Shown one piece after another: positions 17,635 through 28,281 of a DNA stretch of 64,000 nucleotides (the stretch's first letter is position 1; every line of letters begins with the position of its first letter). The notes beneath the pieces are model-generated. The model saw only the letters and a program-made list of their open reading frames with translations, was not told the origin of the DNA and did not search any database. Both the position numbers and the translations under genes were made by a program. The stretch comes from an uncultured Phycisphaerales bacterium (GTDB lineage: Bacteria > Planctomycetota > Phycisphaerae > Phycisphaerales > SM1A02). The DNA lies in the NCBI GenBank assembly GCA_938084645.1, contig CALKEP010000022.1, positions 64,001 to 128,000 of the forward strand, read 5' to 3'.

Positions 17635-20600
17635 ATGTCTTCGAGATCCTTCCTTCGGCCCCTGTTTGAAGGCTCCGCCCGGCTCGGCCGGCTCGGTTCC
17701 GTGATCCTGTTTCTGGCCCTGATCGGCCTGGGAACTCGCGAATCGGCTCTTGCGATGAGCGGGGCCGGCGAGGGCAACGTCGACCTTCCCCGGTTTCCGA
17801 GCATCAGCCCGGATGGGAAGACCGTCGTCTTCAGTTGGCGAGGCGATCTCTGGAGCGTCCCGTTCGAGGGCGGTGCCGCGACGAGGCTCACCAGTCATCC
17901 AGGCCGTGACCATGATTCGGCGTGGACGCCGGACGGTTCCACGATCGTCTTCGAAAGCGATCGCGACGGAACCACGAATCTCTGGGCGATGGCTCCGGAC
18001 GGGACCGGCATCCGCCGCTTGACGGATCTCGACTCCTCCGTCGCGCTCGGAGGCGTCGGTCGAAACGCCGACGGAGACATCGTGGTCGGGCTCACGGGCT
18101 ATCTCGAAGGTGATGCGTATCGTTCGCCTCGTCCCTACGAGGTCGGCATCGAAGGTGGCGAACCACAGCGACTCCACGACGCGTTCGGCGGATTGAACGT
18201 CCGTAGTCCCGACGGTCGTCGCGCCGCATTCGAACGAGGCGGGGCGAGATGGGAGCGTCGGCACTATCGAGGCGACGATCGTCGCGACGTCTGGCTCTAC
18301 GACATCGAATCCGAGTCGTTCCTTCCGCTCGCGGATTGGGAAGGCAACGACGGGAAGCCTCGCTGGGCGGGCAATGACGACGTCCTGTTTCTTTCGGATC
18401 GCGAGAATCGAACGCACAACGTGTACCAGCGGTCGCTCGTCGACGGTTCGATCGCACCGATCACCGACTTCGAGGAGATCGACGTCGCCGGCTTCGACGT
18501 CACGCCCGACGGCCGACGGCTCGTGCTCCACCGCTGGGATTCCCTGTACACCATGGATCTCGATGATCCGAACGCCGTGCCCCGACCGATGCTCGTGACC
18601 GCGCCCGAGGATGCGCTCGACGCCGCGAGGAATCTCGACATCTCGCCCCAGGTCACGGAGGCGGCGCTCAACCCGGATGGGAAGTCGATCGCGGTGATCG
18701 CCTACGGCGAGGTCGTGGTCCGCGGGACCGCCGATGATTCGACCTCGCGACGGATCACCACCACCCACGGGCGTGAACGCGACCTTGCCTGGAGTCCCGA
18801 CGGGACGACGCTCTACTTCACGGCCGTCGTCGGTGGGAAGTCGTCGATCATGGCGGCGACCGTCGCGACGACTCGAACCGAGATCCGTGACCAGTACACG
18901 GAGCGAACCTCGCCGCCGGAGGATCCCGAAGAGACGGAATCCGAGGCGGCGGAGACGACGGATTCACCCGCCGAAGAGCCGGCGGAGCCGGCCGCAGCGG
19001 CAGGCCCCGCGGACGACGCGGAAGCCACCGGTGACGCCGATGCCGATGCCTCCGAGGAATCCACGGCGTCCGAGGACGATGATCAGTCCGCGGAGGAGAC
19101 GGAAGTCGCCGAGGAGGACGCCGAGGAGGACGCCGACGATCCGATGCTCGATCCCGCGCGGTGGGCCGATGCCGTGACCTTCGACGTCGCGCCCTTCGTC
19201 GCCACCGAGTTCCAGGATCATCGGCCGAACCCCTCGCCGGACGGCATGCGACTGGGGTTCATCCGTGGTCTGGGTGACATCATGATTCTCGATCTCGCCA
19301 CCGGCGAAGAGATGCTCCTGCGGGCGGGCTGGGATCGGGGCGTCGAGTTCGAGTGGAGTCTCGATTCCAACTGGATCGTCTTCGACCAGGCGGACATGAA
19401 TTTCAATCAGGACGTCTTCGTCGTGCCGAGCGACGGTTCCGCGCCGCCGGTGAATATCTCGAGGCATCCCGACAATGATGGTGGTGCCCGATTCTCCGCC
19501 GACGCCCGGGTGCTCGCGTTCTCCAGCGAGCGCGACGGCGAGGAGGAGGACATCTGGTACGTCTTCCTCGATCGCCGGCTCGAGAAGATGGCGGATCCGG
19601 AGTTGAAGGCGTACTTCGAGGAGGCCGAGAAGGCCGCGAAGAAGCGGAAACCCCTCGACCCCAACGAGGTGCGTCGTCAGCTTGCCGCCGCCGGCGAAGA
19701 AGAAGTGGACGCGGACGCCGACGCGGGCGCCGACGCCGACGCCGACGCGGATGCGGATGCGGTGGTGACGCCCTTCACGCAGGAAGATCTTCAGACCGCG
19801 TACCGGCGACTTCGGAAGATCAGTCGACTTCCCGGTTCCGAACGTCGACTCGCGATGCTCCCTTCCGGCGAGCGCATTCTGTTCGGCAATCGGATCTCGG
19901 CGCCAGGTGTTTCCGGCCTCTATTCGGTGAAGTGGAACGGCAGCGGTCGCAAGCGGATCGGCGAGAGCGTCTCGATGATGGGACTCTCGCTGGACGGAAG
20001 CCAGCTCGTCGCCGTCGGTGGCGGTACCGCCAAGACGATCGACACCGGCAGCGGAAAGGCCAAGAACTATCCGATCTCGATGCGGATTCGCATCGATCGG
20101 GAGCAGGAGTCGAGCGAGAAGTTCCTCGAGGCCGCCTCGATCATGGGGGCGATCTTCTACGACCCGGAGATGAAGGGGCTCGACTGGCCGGCGCTGACCG
20201 AGCGGTATCACGAGCTGGCGGCCCGGACCCGGACCGCCGACGAGTTCAACTGGGTCGCGAACCGGCTGCTGGGTGAACTCAGCGCGTCCCACATGGGGAT
20301 GCGGGCACCGGCGAAGAGCATGCCGTTGTCCCAGTCGATCGGTCGACTGGGCGTCGGCCTCGAACCGGTGACCGATGGCTATCGGGTCACCTCCGTGCTC
20401 GAGGGCGGTCCGGCCGAGGCATCGGACATGCCGCTGCTCGTGGGCGACGTGATCACCGGCATCGATCTCGAGCCGCTCGACCTGGACGCCACCCCGCCCG
20501 ACACGGTGGGTGGGCGACTGCGGGGCCGTCTCGGCAAGGAAGTGGTGGTCACCGTGCGACGTGAGGCCGCGACCGATGCGGAGGACGGCCCGGCCGAGCC

Positions 20601-21303
20601 GCTCGAGCTGGACCTGCTGCTGACGCCGATCTCCAACAGCGCCGCCCGCGGCCTCGTCTACGACGCGACCCAGCGTCGCCGGGCGGAACAGGTTCACGAA
20701 TGGTCCGACGGGCGACTCGGTTACGCCCATGTTCGAAGCATGGACCAGGCGTCGCTGGACGAATTCGAACGCGATCTCTTCGCCGCCACCGAGGGTCGCG
20801 AGGGACTGATCGTCGACGTGCGTGACAACGGCGGCGGTTGGACGACCGACCGCCTGCTCTCTTCGATCATGGCTCCGGCCCACGCCTACACCATCCCGCG
20901 GGGCGCCGACCGCTCGGTCGTCGACACGTACCCGCAGGATCGGCTCTTCATCCAGCGATATCTGATGCCGATGAACATGATCTGCAACGAGAAGAGCTAC
21001 TCGAACGCCGAGATCGTCTCCCATGCGTTCAAGAATCTCGATCGCGGCACCCTGGTCGGCCAGCGGACCAACGGAAGCGTGATCTCGACCGGTGGCACCT
21101 CGCTCATCGACGGGACGTCCTTGCGACTTCCCTTCCGTGGCTGGTATCTCCCGGACGGCGCCGACATGGAGAACAACGGCGCCATGCCCGACATCGTGAT
21201 CGAGCAGACGCCCGACGACGAGGTCGCCGAACACGATGCGCAGCTGCAGGCTGCGGTCGAGGATCTCATGCGTCGGCTCGACGACGAAGGTGCCGGGCCG
21301 TGA
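17635..21303 (+). CDS. Tricorn-like S41 family peptidase (beta-propellers, PDZ, S41 catalytic domain)
   Basis: PD40-like repeats (SPDGK, WTPDG), ELSASH, GYAHVRSM, DVRDNGGG, SYSNAE catalytic Ser, ENNGAMPD, DAQL. Confidence 0.92.
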   Translation: MSSRSFLRPLFEGSARLGRLGSVILFLALIGLGTRESALAMSGAGEGNVDLPRFPSISPDGKTVVFSWRGDLWSVPFEGGAATRLTSHPGRDHDSAWTPDGSTIVFESDRDGTTNLWAMAPDGTGIRRLTDLDSSVALGGVGRNADGDIVVGLTGYLEGDAYRSPRPYEVGIEGGEPQRLHDAFGGLNVRSPDGRRAAFERGGARWERRHYRGDDRRDVWLYDIESESFLPLADWEGNDGKPRWAGNDDVLFLSDRENRTHNVYQRSLVDGSIAPITDFEEIDVAGFDVTPDGRRLVLHRWDSLYTMDLDDPNAVPRPMLVTAPEDALDAARNLDISPQVTEAALNPDGKSIAVIAYGEVVVRGTADDSTSRRITTTHGRERDLAWSPDGTTLYFTAVVGGKSSIMAATVATTRTEIRDQYTERTSPPEDPEETESEAAETTDSPAEEPAEPAAAAGPADDAEATGDADADASEESTASEDDDQSAEETEVAEEDAEEDADDPMLDPARWADAVTFDVAPFVATEFQDHRPNPSPDGMRLGFIRGLGDIMILDLATGEEMLLRAGWDRGVEFEWSLDSNWIVFDQADMNFNQDVFVVPSDGSAPPVNISRHPDNDGGARFSADARVLAFSSERDGEEEDIWYVFLDRRLEKMADPELKAYFEEAEKAAKKRKPLDPNEVRRQLAAAGEEEVDADADAGADADADADADAVVTPFTQEDLQTAYRRLRKISRLPGSERRLAMLPSGERILFGNRISAPGVSGLYSVKWNGSGRKRIGESVSMMGLSLDGSQLVAVGGGTAKTIDTGSGKAKNYPISMRIRIDREQESSEKFLEAASIMGAIFYDPEMKGLDWPALTERYHELAARTRTADEFNWVANRLLGELSASHMGMRAPAKSMPLSQSIGRLGVGLEPVTDGYRVTSVLEGGPAEASDMPLLVGDVITGIDLEPLDLDATPPDTVGGRLRGRLGKEVVVTVRREAATDAEDGPAEPLELDLLLTPISNSAARGLVYDATQRRRAEQVHEWSDGRLGYAHVRSMDQASLDEFERDLFAATEGREGLIVDVRDNGGGWTTDRLLSSIMAPAHAYTIPRGADRSVVDTYPQDRLFIQRYLMPMNMICNEKSYSNAEIVSHAFKNLDRGTLVGQRTNGSVISTGGTSLIDGTSLRLPFRGWYLPDGADMENNGAMPDIVIEQTPDDEVAEHDAQLQAAVEDLMRRLDDEGAGP
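19708..19761 (+). repeat. In-frame (GAC/GAT-GCS)n microsatellite encoding an Asp-Ala tract
   Basis: Encodes DADADAGADADADADADA within the S41 protease. Confidence 0.9.
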
Positions 21304-21824
21304 CCCGGTCCCGCCTTCACGGTGGCGTCGTGGGGTCTTTCGTCGCCGCCTTGCTGGCGGGATGCGGCGGCACGGATCCGTCGCGAATGGAAGGGGAGAC
21401 GATCATGGAGCGTGACCAGGCCTCGGCGTCGCGGATGCTCGACGAGATGCGATGGCGGAATCGGATGCTGGTGGTCGCGTCCGACCGCGAGGACGAGCGC
21501 GTGGACCGCCAGCTGGTGGCCATCGCGACGCACTCGGCCGGCTGGTCGGATCGCGATCTCGTCACCATCGTGCTCCTTCCGGACCGGGGGTACGTCGCCC
21601 CGGATCCGAGCGGCGGCCTGGTGGACGCGGAGATCGTCTCTTCGGAGGCCGCCGCCTCGATGCGACGGCGGTTCGGAATGGCGGATGACGGATTCCAGGC
21701 GGCGCTCGTCGGCAAGGATGGCGGGGTGAAGGCGCGCTACGACGAGGTGGTGGCCCCGGAGACGATCTTCCCCTTCATCGACGCGATGCCGATGCGAATC
21801 GATGAGATGGAGCAGGAACGATGA
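21300..21824 (+). CDS. DUF4174 domain lipoprotein
   Basis: GTGA overlap with upstream stop; LLAGC lipobox; WRNRMLVV, DRDL, LVGKDGGVK, IDAMPMR. Confidence 0.85.
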   Translation: MTRSRLHGGVVGSFVAALLAGCGGTDPSRMEGETIMERDQASASRMLDEMRWRNRMLVVASDREDERVDRQLVAIATHSAGWSDRDLVTIVLLPDRGYVAPDPSGGLVDAEIVSSEAAASMRRRFGMADDGFQAALVGKDGGVKARYDEVVAPETIFPFIDAMPMRIDEMEQER

Positions 21825-23302
21825 AGCGCTCGACCCGATCGATCGGACCCTGCCATGCATTCGTCGCGGCGGGACTCGTCGGAGTCGCCACCCTCGCCAC
21901 TGGCGTGATGGCGGCACAGGACGGCGGGCCCGAGGCCGAAGCCGGCCCGCCGGACGTCCTCCTGATCCTGGTCGACGATCTCGGTTGTCGCGATCTCTCG
22001 GGGGAGGGTCATGCGTTCCACCGGACGCCGAATCTGGACCGCCTTCGGTCGGAGAGCGTTCGCTTCACGAACGCCTCCTGCAACGGCCCGAACTGTTCGC
22101 CGAGTCGTGCGGCGCTCGTGACGGGGCGGCATGGCAGTCGTACCGGCGTCCACACCGTCGGATCGCCGCGGCGTGGCAAGGACACGGACCGCCGCCTCGA
22201 GCCGCCCGCGAATCGATTCCGCATCGCGGAGACCGAGCGTTCGATCGCCGAGGCGCTGGCCGAGGCCGGCTACCGCACGGGATTCGTCGGCAAGTGGCAT
22301 GTGAGTGCCGATCCACGCACGCAGGGATTCGACGTCAACGCCGGTGGGAACAAGGCCGGTCATCCGAAGTCCTATTTTCCCCCGTATCGGAATCCGGATC
22401 TCGAGGACGGGCCCGAAGGCGAGTATCTCGTCGACCGGCTCGCACGGGAGACCATCGGAATCATCGATGGATTCGAAACCGCGGACGAGGATCGTCCGTG
22501 GTTCGTGATGTATGCGCCCTACGCGGTGCACACGCCGATCCAGGCTCCCGCGGCGGCGGTCGCCGAGTTCCGGACACGAAACCCCGGCGTTGATCTCCGG
22601 CAGGCTCGCTACGGCGTCATGGTGGAGGCCACGGACCGGGCCATCGGCTCGATTCTGGAACGGATCGACGGCGATGGGACGATCGTGTGCTTCGCGAGCG
22701 ACAACGGCGGGCTTCAGCCGGTGACCGACATGTCGCCCTGGCGCGGTGGGAAGGGCATGTTGTACGAAGGCGGCATCCGAACGCCGTTGTACGTTCGCGG
22801 TGCCGACTTCAAGCCCCGAGACGTCGAGACGCCCGTGCAGCTCTTCGATCTGCATCCCACCATCACCGAACTCGCCGGGGTCGGGGCGACCGAGGACGTG
22901 GTGATCGACGCGGTCTCGCTCGTGCCGTCCCTTCGTGGGGCGGAAATGGAGCGTGGGCCGATCTTCTGGCACTTCCCCGCCTATCTCGAAGGCCGGGATG
23001 CGGAGAGCAGAAACCCCGACGATCCGTTTCGCACGACGCCCTCCGGGGCGGTGCGCGACGGTCGCTGGAAGCTCGTGGAGTGGTTCGAGGACGGTGCGCT
23101 CGAGCTCTTCGATCTCGAAGCGGATCCCGGTGAACGCGTTGATCGTTCGGCGGATCAGCCGGAGATCCGTGACCGTCTGGCGTCGCTGCTCCGGGACTGG
23201 CGAGCCTCGATCTCGGCGCCCATGCCGCAGCCGATCTCGCCGCCGGGGTCGGGCGCAGCGACCGAGTCGATCGCACCACCGAACGCCGACCCCACGGATT
23301 GA
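21821..23302 (+). CDS. Formylglycine-dependent sulfatase (arylsulfatase A-like)
   Basis: VDDLG, CSPSRAALVTGR, GKWH, VHTP, SDNGG, GKGMLYEGGIRTP, ELFDLEADPGE. Confidence 0.95.
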   Translation: MKRSTRSIGPCHAFVAAGLVGVATLATGVMAAQDGGPEAEAGPPDVLLILVDDLGCRDLSGEGHAFHRTPNLDRLRSESVRFTNASCNGPNCSPSRAALVTGRHGSRTGVHTVGSPRRGKDTDRRLEPPANRFRIAETERSIAEALAEAGYRTGFVGKWHVSADPRTQGFDVNAGGNKAGHPKSYFPPYRNPDLEDGPEGEYLVDRLARETIGIIDGFETADEDRPWFVMYAPYAVHTPIQAPAAAVAEFRTRNPGVDLRQARYGVMVEATDRAIGSILERIDGDGTIVCFASDNGGLQPVTDMSPWRGGKGMLYEGGIRTPLYVRGADFKPRDVETPVQLFDLHPTITELAGVGATEDVVIDAVSLVPSLRGAEMERGPIFWHFPAYLEGRDAESRNPDDPFRTTPSGAVRDGRWKLVEWFEDGALELFDLEADPGERVDRSADQPEIRDRLASLLRDWRASISAPMPQPISPPGSGAATESIAPPNADPTD

Positions 23303-23317
23303 CCGGCGACTCGGGGG

Positions 23318-23845
23318 TCACCAGTCGCCGGCGTATCCCACGTCGAACGTTCCACTGCGCACCGCGGTCAGTTCATGCAGCCGGCGAGCGATTTGTCGGA
23401 GATGGAGTGCGTCATGGGCGCACCAGGCGGCGAGCAGATCCCCAGCCCGAGGCGAGCCCAGTCGTGGATGGGCCAGGCGTGGATGCGTCGCTTCGATGGT
23501 GAAGTCCAGTTCCTCGATGGTTCTGAGCCACGCGACTTCGGTCCGTCTCACCGCGCGGAACTCGCGAAGGGCCGTCTCGAGGTTCCGGCCTCGGTAGTCC
23601 CGCTCGATCGCCGCGGCGCCCGGATCGATGACCGGCCAGTCCGCATCCGGCGCTTCGAGCGTCATGCGAAGCCTCGTGCCGAAGTCGTCGAGATCCTCGT
23701 CGACGAGGTGACAGACGATCTCGAGCATCGACCAGTCCCCGGGGCCGGGGCGCCATCGGGCGTCTTCGGGGGAGATCCCCGAAAGAAGGGCCACGATGCT
23801 CTGCGGAAACCGTTCGAGTCGATCGATCATCCAGGCGGCATTCAT
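23318..23845 (-). CDS. DinB family protein
   Basis: WSMLEIVCHL and AHDALHLRQI His motifs. Confidence 0.85.
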   Translation of the reverse strand: MNAAWMIDRLERFPQSIVALLSGISPEDARWRPGPGDWSMLEIVCHLVDEDLDDFGTRLRMTLEAPDADWPVIDPGAAAIERDYRGRNLETALREFRAVRRTEVAWLRTIEELDFTIEATHPRLAHPRLGSPRAGDLLAAWCAHDALHLRQIARRLHELTAVRSGTFDVGYAGDW

Positions 23846-23928
23846 GACGCCATTGAACCACCACGTGGCCTCCGGCGTGATGATCGCCGAGGCGAAAGCC
23901 CCCTGCGATCCTTGAAAGCGGCTTGAAT

Positions 23929-24897
23929 TCAGGCGTCCGACGTCCCGGGGTCGGCGTGCGTCTCGAACTCGCCGTCATCATCGTCGGCGTCCGGCGGAGG
24001 CGGAACGACGGCGACCGCGACGTCGTCGAGCTCGGTCAGTCTGCGTCGAGCGGCGACCGCGACCGAGTCGTAGATGCTCGCGAGAAGTCCGACCAGCGGG
24101 AAACGTCCTTCGAGCGGCGCGTTGCCAAGACGTCGAAGCAGCGCGTGCGGGGCGTACTCCATTCGACGTTCGCGTCTGAACGTCTCGAGACCGGTGCCGG
24201 TGTTCCAGAACGTCTCGATCGCCTGTTCCATCGGGGGCAGGGCGCGGATCGCGGCCGCGGTGCCCGGGATGGGATGGGCGCGGCTCACACCACTGGTCGC
24301 GAGGAGCCTCGCTTCCTGGAGTCGTTCCAGGAATCTGGGGCCGAAGAGCCCGCGGAGCGTCAGGATCATCAGCGGATCGGAATCCATCCGCTCGGCGACG
24401 AGATAGAGGGTGGTGACCGCGTGTCGGCAATGCTCGATCCCGCATCCGCACTTCACGGTGACCTGTCCGGGTTCCGGGAGGAGGGAGAGTCCCGCCGCGG
24501 CGAACGGCTCCGCGATCTCCGCGGAGACGTCCCCGGAAACCAGCTTGGCCGTGTACTTGGCTTCCCGGGCCATCGAACTGACGATGCGATCCCAGTCCTC
24601 GCGCCCGATCGATTCGAGCTCGATCCGGACCTCGAAGGGACGGGCGGCGGAATCCTGCACCGTGGCGACGATCCGCGCCGGTTCGACGTTCAGCAGCACG
24701 GTCTGCCCGCGCCGGGCGAAGTCGAGGCCTTCCGACCTGGCGCTGTCCCCGTAGGGGGCGAGGAGTCGATCGAGCCACGCGCCGGCCGGCCAGCTGAAGG
24801 CCACTTCCTCGTCCTTGGTGCGCAGGCGAATGCCGTTGCGCACCTTCCGGGGCGTGTCGTCCTTCCGGCGGAATCCTTCGTCGCGACTGCTGATCAC
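23929..24897 (-). CDS. SWIM zinc-finger protein (partner of SNF2 helicase)
   Basis: ARRGQ, CGCGIEHCRH, DPLMILTLRG; GTGA overlap with SNF2 gene. Confidence 0.85.
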   Translation of the reverse strand: MISSRDEGFRRKDDTPRKVRNGIRLRTKDEEVAFSWPAGAWLDRLLAPYGDSARSEGLDFARRGQTVLLNVEPARIVATVQDSAARPFEVRIELESIGREDWDRIVSSMAREAKYTAKLVSGDVSAEIAEPFAAAGLSLLPEPGQVTVKCGCGIEHCRHAVTTLYLVAERMDSDPLMILTLRGLFGPRFLERLQEARLLATSGVSRAHPIPGTAAAIRALPPMEQAIETFWNTGTGLETFRRERRMEYAPHALLRRLGNAPLEGRFPLVGLLASIYDSVAVAARRRLTELDDVAVAVVPPPPDADDDDGEFETHADPGTSDA

Positions 24898-27800
24898 GCG
24901 TCATCCTCCTCGTCGACCGCGGTCTCGCGAAGCGCGAGAACGTCGCGAAGCTGGTTCGAACTGAGTTCGGTGAGCCACGACTCGCCGGCGCCGATGATTC
25001 GGCGGGCGAGGTCGGTCTTCTGCTCGATCATCTGGTCGATCCGCTCCTCGAGCGTGCCCGAGGTGATCATCTTGTGGACGTTCACGGTCCGGGTCTGTCC
25101 GATGCGGAAGGCCCGGTCGGTGGCCTGGTTCTCCACCGCGGGGTTCCACCAGCGATCGAAGTGGATGACGTGGTTCGCGCTCGTGAGGTTCACGCCGACG
25201 CCACCGGCCTTGAGCGAGAGGATGAAGATGGGCGCCGCTTCGCGGTTCTGGAATCGCTCGATCATCTGATCCCGACGTCCCTGCGGCGTGCCACCGTGCA
25301 GGAAGAGCGGTTCCATGTCGAACTCCTGGCGGAGGATCGTGGAGAGCAGATGGCCCATCTGTCGGAACTGCGTGAAGATCAGCGCCTGGTCCTCCGCGGC
25401 CATGACCTCTTCCAGGATCTCGACGAGCCGGATGCTCTTGCCGGATCGCTGGCTGAGGCGTTCGCCCTTCTTCGGCGCGAGATCCGTCTCCCGAAGGAAG
25501 TGGGCCGGATGGTTGCAGATCTGCTTCAGTCGCACGAGTCCGGAGAGGACCAGTCCGCGGCGACGGATTCCCGTCGCTTCGTCGACCTTGCGAAGCATGT
25601 CCTGGACGACGGTGTCGTAGAGCTTGGCCTGCTCGGTGGTGAGCTGGACGTGCTGGCGGTTCTCGACCAACGGAGGGAGATCGTCGGCCACGCCGTCGTC
25701 GGTCTTGAGGCGTCGAAGCACGAAGGGACCGACGAGATGCCGTAGCCGTTCCGCGCGGCGTTCGTCGCGGTGTCGTTCGATCGGAATCGCGAAGCGTCGC
25801 CGGAAGTCGCCCTGCGGACCGAGGAATCCCGGCAGGCAGAACTCCATGATCGACCAGAGTTCGGTCAGCCGGTTCTCGACCGGGGTACCGGTCAGGGCGA
25901 TGCGATGTCGACTCTGGATCGACCGGATCGCCGTCGCCTGCTTGGTCGGCGGGTTCTTCACGTGCTGGGCCTCGTCGAGCACCACGCGTTCCCAGTCGAT
26001 CAGTTCGATCCACGGGCGGTCGCGGCTCACCAGCGCGTAGGTGGTGACCACCACGTCGCATTCGGCGACCTTCTCGACGAAGCCGTCTCCCACCGGGCGA
26101 TCGGGACCGTGCTGGATGTGGACTCGCAGCTCGGGGGCGAATCGCTCGAGTTCACGTCGCCAGTTGCCGGCCACGGACATCGGGCAGACCAGGAGGGTCG
26201 GTCCGACCTGGCCGGGCCGGACCTCCCGCTCGTGCTGGAGCAGTGCGATCATCTGGATCGTCTTGCCGAGGCCCATGTCGTCGGCGAGGCAGCCGCCGAG
26301 GCCGAACCGATCGAGGAACGCGAGCCACGCGAGGCCGCGCTCCTGGTACGGCCGAAGCTTGCCGACGAAGTTCGCCGGGACCTTCACCGGTCGGGCGGAG
26401 TCGTCCGGGATCCCATCCTCGCCGAGCAGTTCCTTGATCCAGCCGTCGGTGCGGACGCCGGTGATCGGCGGCATCTCGCCGTCCTCTTCGCCCACCGACG
26501 CGAGTCGAAGCACTTCGCCGAGGGTGGCGGCGCCGCCGGGATGCTTGTCGAGGAAGACCTTGGCTCGTTCGAAGTCCTCGGATCGGATCTCGACCCAGCT
26601 GTCGCCGACGCGGACGAGCGGGACGCCGCTCTCGGCGAGTCGTCGCAGTTCCTCGAGACCGACGTTCTGGTCGCCGATCGAGATCTCCCACGAGTAGTCG
26701 ACGAGGCTCGACAGTCCCATCGCCGGCGGCTTGTCCGAGTCGCCGTGCGGTTCGATGATCATCCGCACGCCGATGCGGCTGGCGGTGCTTCCCCACCAGG
26801 ACGGCGAAAGCACCTCGATGCCCGCCTCCTGCAGGATCGGCCGAGCCTCCTGCAGAAAGGCGTGGGCCTCCGGGGTGGACAGGTCCATGCCGGCGGGGTT
26901 GGTGCCTTCGAGGGCCCGCTTGAGATTCGGCCAGATCCGTTCGGCGCGTCCGAGTTCGGCGAGCAGGAGGTCACCGGGGGTCTCTTCGGAGCCCACCACC
27001 GACGCGAGTCGGCCGCCGCCGCCGTCCGCCCAGATGTCCTCGGCGTCCACGATGATCGGCGGATCGTCGGTGACGAGCAGGTGGAAGCCCAGTGGCCACG
27101 TCGCCTTTTCGATGTCCTCCGGCGAGGCATCGAGCACGCCTTCGAGCGGCTCGGTCAACTGCAGGCAGAGTCGGACGGCGCGACCCTCCACGGGATCGAT
27201 CAGGCCGCCGAGCCAGAGTCGCATGCCGCGGCTCACGTCGACGTTGGTCTCCCGTGACGTCCCGGTGTTCCGATCGGGGCCGAGCAGGCCGCCGAGCATC
27301 GCCACCTGATGGTCCGCTTCGGGATCGCGATCCTCGATCGCTTCGAGGTAGTCCTCGCTCACGAGGGTCTGTCGTACCAGCGCGTCCACCATCGCCTCGA
27401 GCGAGGACTCGATCGCGGCCCATCGGTCGGAGGTCGCGAAGTCCGTGGTCGCGATCGCGACCGAAGGCATTCCGGTCGCGAGGTGGCGGAGAGGTTCGGC
27501 GAGTTCGCCGTCCGCGAGCCAGGGGACCCAGCGTCCCCGAAGGGGGCCGCCTTCCACCTGGATCACCGACGGAACGAAACGCTGGTCGACGAGAAGCTCG
27601 ATCGCGAAGGTGGCCACTTCGGACCAGAAGCGGATGTCGTGCCCGATCACCAGGTCGTCCGGGGCTCGTTCCACGATCCTCGGAAAGAGCTCCACGGCGG
27701 TGGTCGCATCGATTTCGAGGCAGGGCACGGCGGCTTGGGCGAGATGAAGATCCTCGGTGTCCGGCGTGTTGATCGCGAGCCTCGTGGCGAGGGCGAGTCC

Positions 27801-28091
27801 GGGCACCGGGGTCTCGGTCGTCTCGTTCCGATCGTGCGGAAGTCGGAGGATCACGTCATCGACCGGTTTCAGTCGGTCTTCACCGAGAATCCCGTCGAGC
27901 GCGAGGCGAAGTGTTTCATGGGATGCCGCGAACGGATGCTTCGCCACCGCCGCCTTGGCGGTCGCCACACCGCCATCGCCGTCGGGCGACGCGGTCGTCA
28001 CCGGCTCGACGGAAGGCGGGTCGGGATCTCGAAGCCGATCCCCCTGCTCTCCCCAGAGAAGCCAGGCGTCGCCTTTGATCACGCCATGCAA
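24894..28091 (-). CDS. SNF2-family helicase/ATPase
   Basis: LRPYQERG, LADDMGLGKT, LDEAQ, LTGTPVEN, VLRRLK, SLKAGGVGVNL, DRWWNPAVENQATDRAFRIGQ. Confidence 0.96.
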   Translation of the reverse strand: MHGVIKGDAWLLWGEQGDRLRDPDPPSVEPVTTASPDGDGGVATAKAAVAKHPFAASHETLRLALDGILGEDRLKPVDDVILRLPHDRNETTETPVPGLALATRLAINTPDTEDLHLAQAAVPCLEIDATTAVELFPRIVERAPDDLVIGHDIRFWSEVATFAIELLVDQRFVPSVIQVEGGPLRGRWVPWLADGELAEPLRHLATGMPSVAIATTDFATSDRWAAIESSLEAMVDALVRQTLVSEDYLEAIEDRDPEADHQVAMLGGLLGPDRNTGTSRETNVDVSRGMRLWLGGLIDPVEGRAVRLCLQLTEPLEGVLDASPEDIEKATWPLGFHLLVTDDPPIIVDAEDIWADGGGGRLASVVGSEETPGDLLLAELGRAERIWPNLKRALEGTNPAGMDLSTPEAHAFLQEARPILQEAGIEVLSPSWWGSTASRIGVRMIIEPHGDSDKPPAMGLSSLVDYSWEISIGDQNVGLEELRRLAESGVPLVRVGDSWVEIRSEDFERAKVFLDKHPGGAATLGEVLRLASVGEEDGEMPPITGVRTDGWIKELLGEDGIPDDSARPVKVPANFVGKLRPYQERGLAWLAFLDRFGLGGCLADDMGLGKTIQMIALLQHEREVRPGQVGPTLLVCPMSVAGNWRRELERFAPELRVHIQHGPDRPVGDGFVEKVAECDVVVTTYALVSRDRPWIELIDWERVVLDEAQHVKNPPTKQATAIRSIQSRHRIALTGTPVENRLTELWSIMEFCLPGFLGPQGDFRRRFAIPIERHRDERRAERLRHLVGPFVLRRLKTDDGVADDLPPLVENRQHVQLTTEQAKLYDTVVQDMLRKVDEATGIRRRGLVLSGLVRLKQICNHPAHFLRETDLAPKKGERLSQRSGKSIRLVEILEEVMAAEDQALIFTQFRQMGHLLSTILRQEFDMEPLFLHGGTPQGRRDQMIERFQNREAAPIFILSLKAGGVGVNLTSANHVIHFDRWWNPAVENQATDRAFRIGQTRTVNVHKMITSGTLEERIDQMIEQKTDLARRIIGAGESWLTELSSNQLRDVLALRETAVDEEDDA

Positions 28092-28281
28092 GACGATCGT
28101 CGGGGTTCCGGAAATGACTGGCGACCTCCATGTCGCGACGGTGTGCCGCGCGTCGAGTCTGAAACGCGATGTCGATCACGCTTCCGACGTCCCACGAATC
28201 TCGATCGGCGTCCGTTTCCGACGGCTCCGATCAACTGTCCATCCGGTCACCGTGCATCGCGGGCAGGCACGAGACTCGGAG

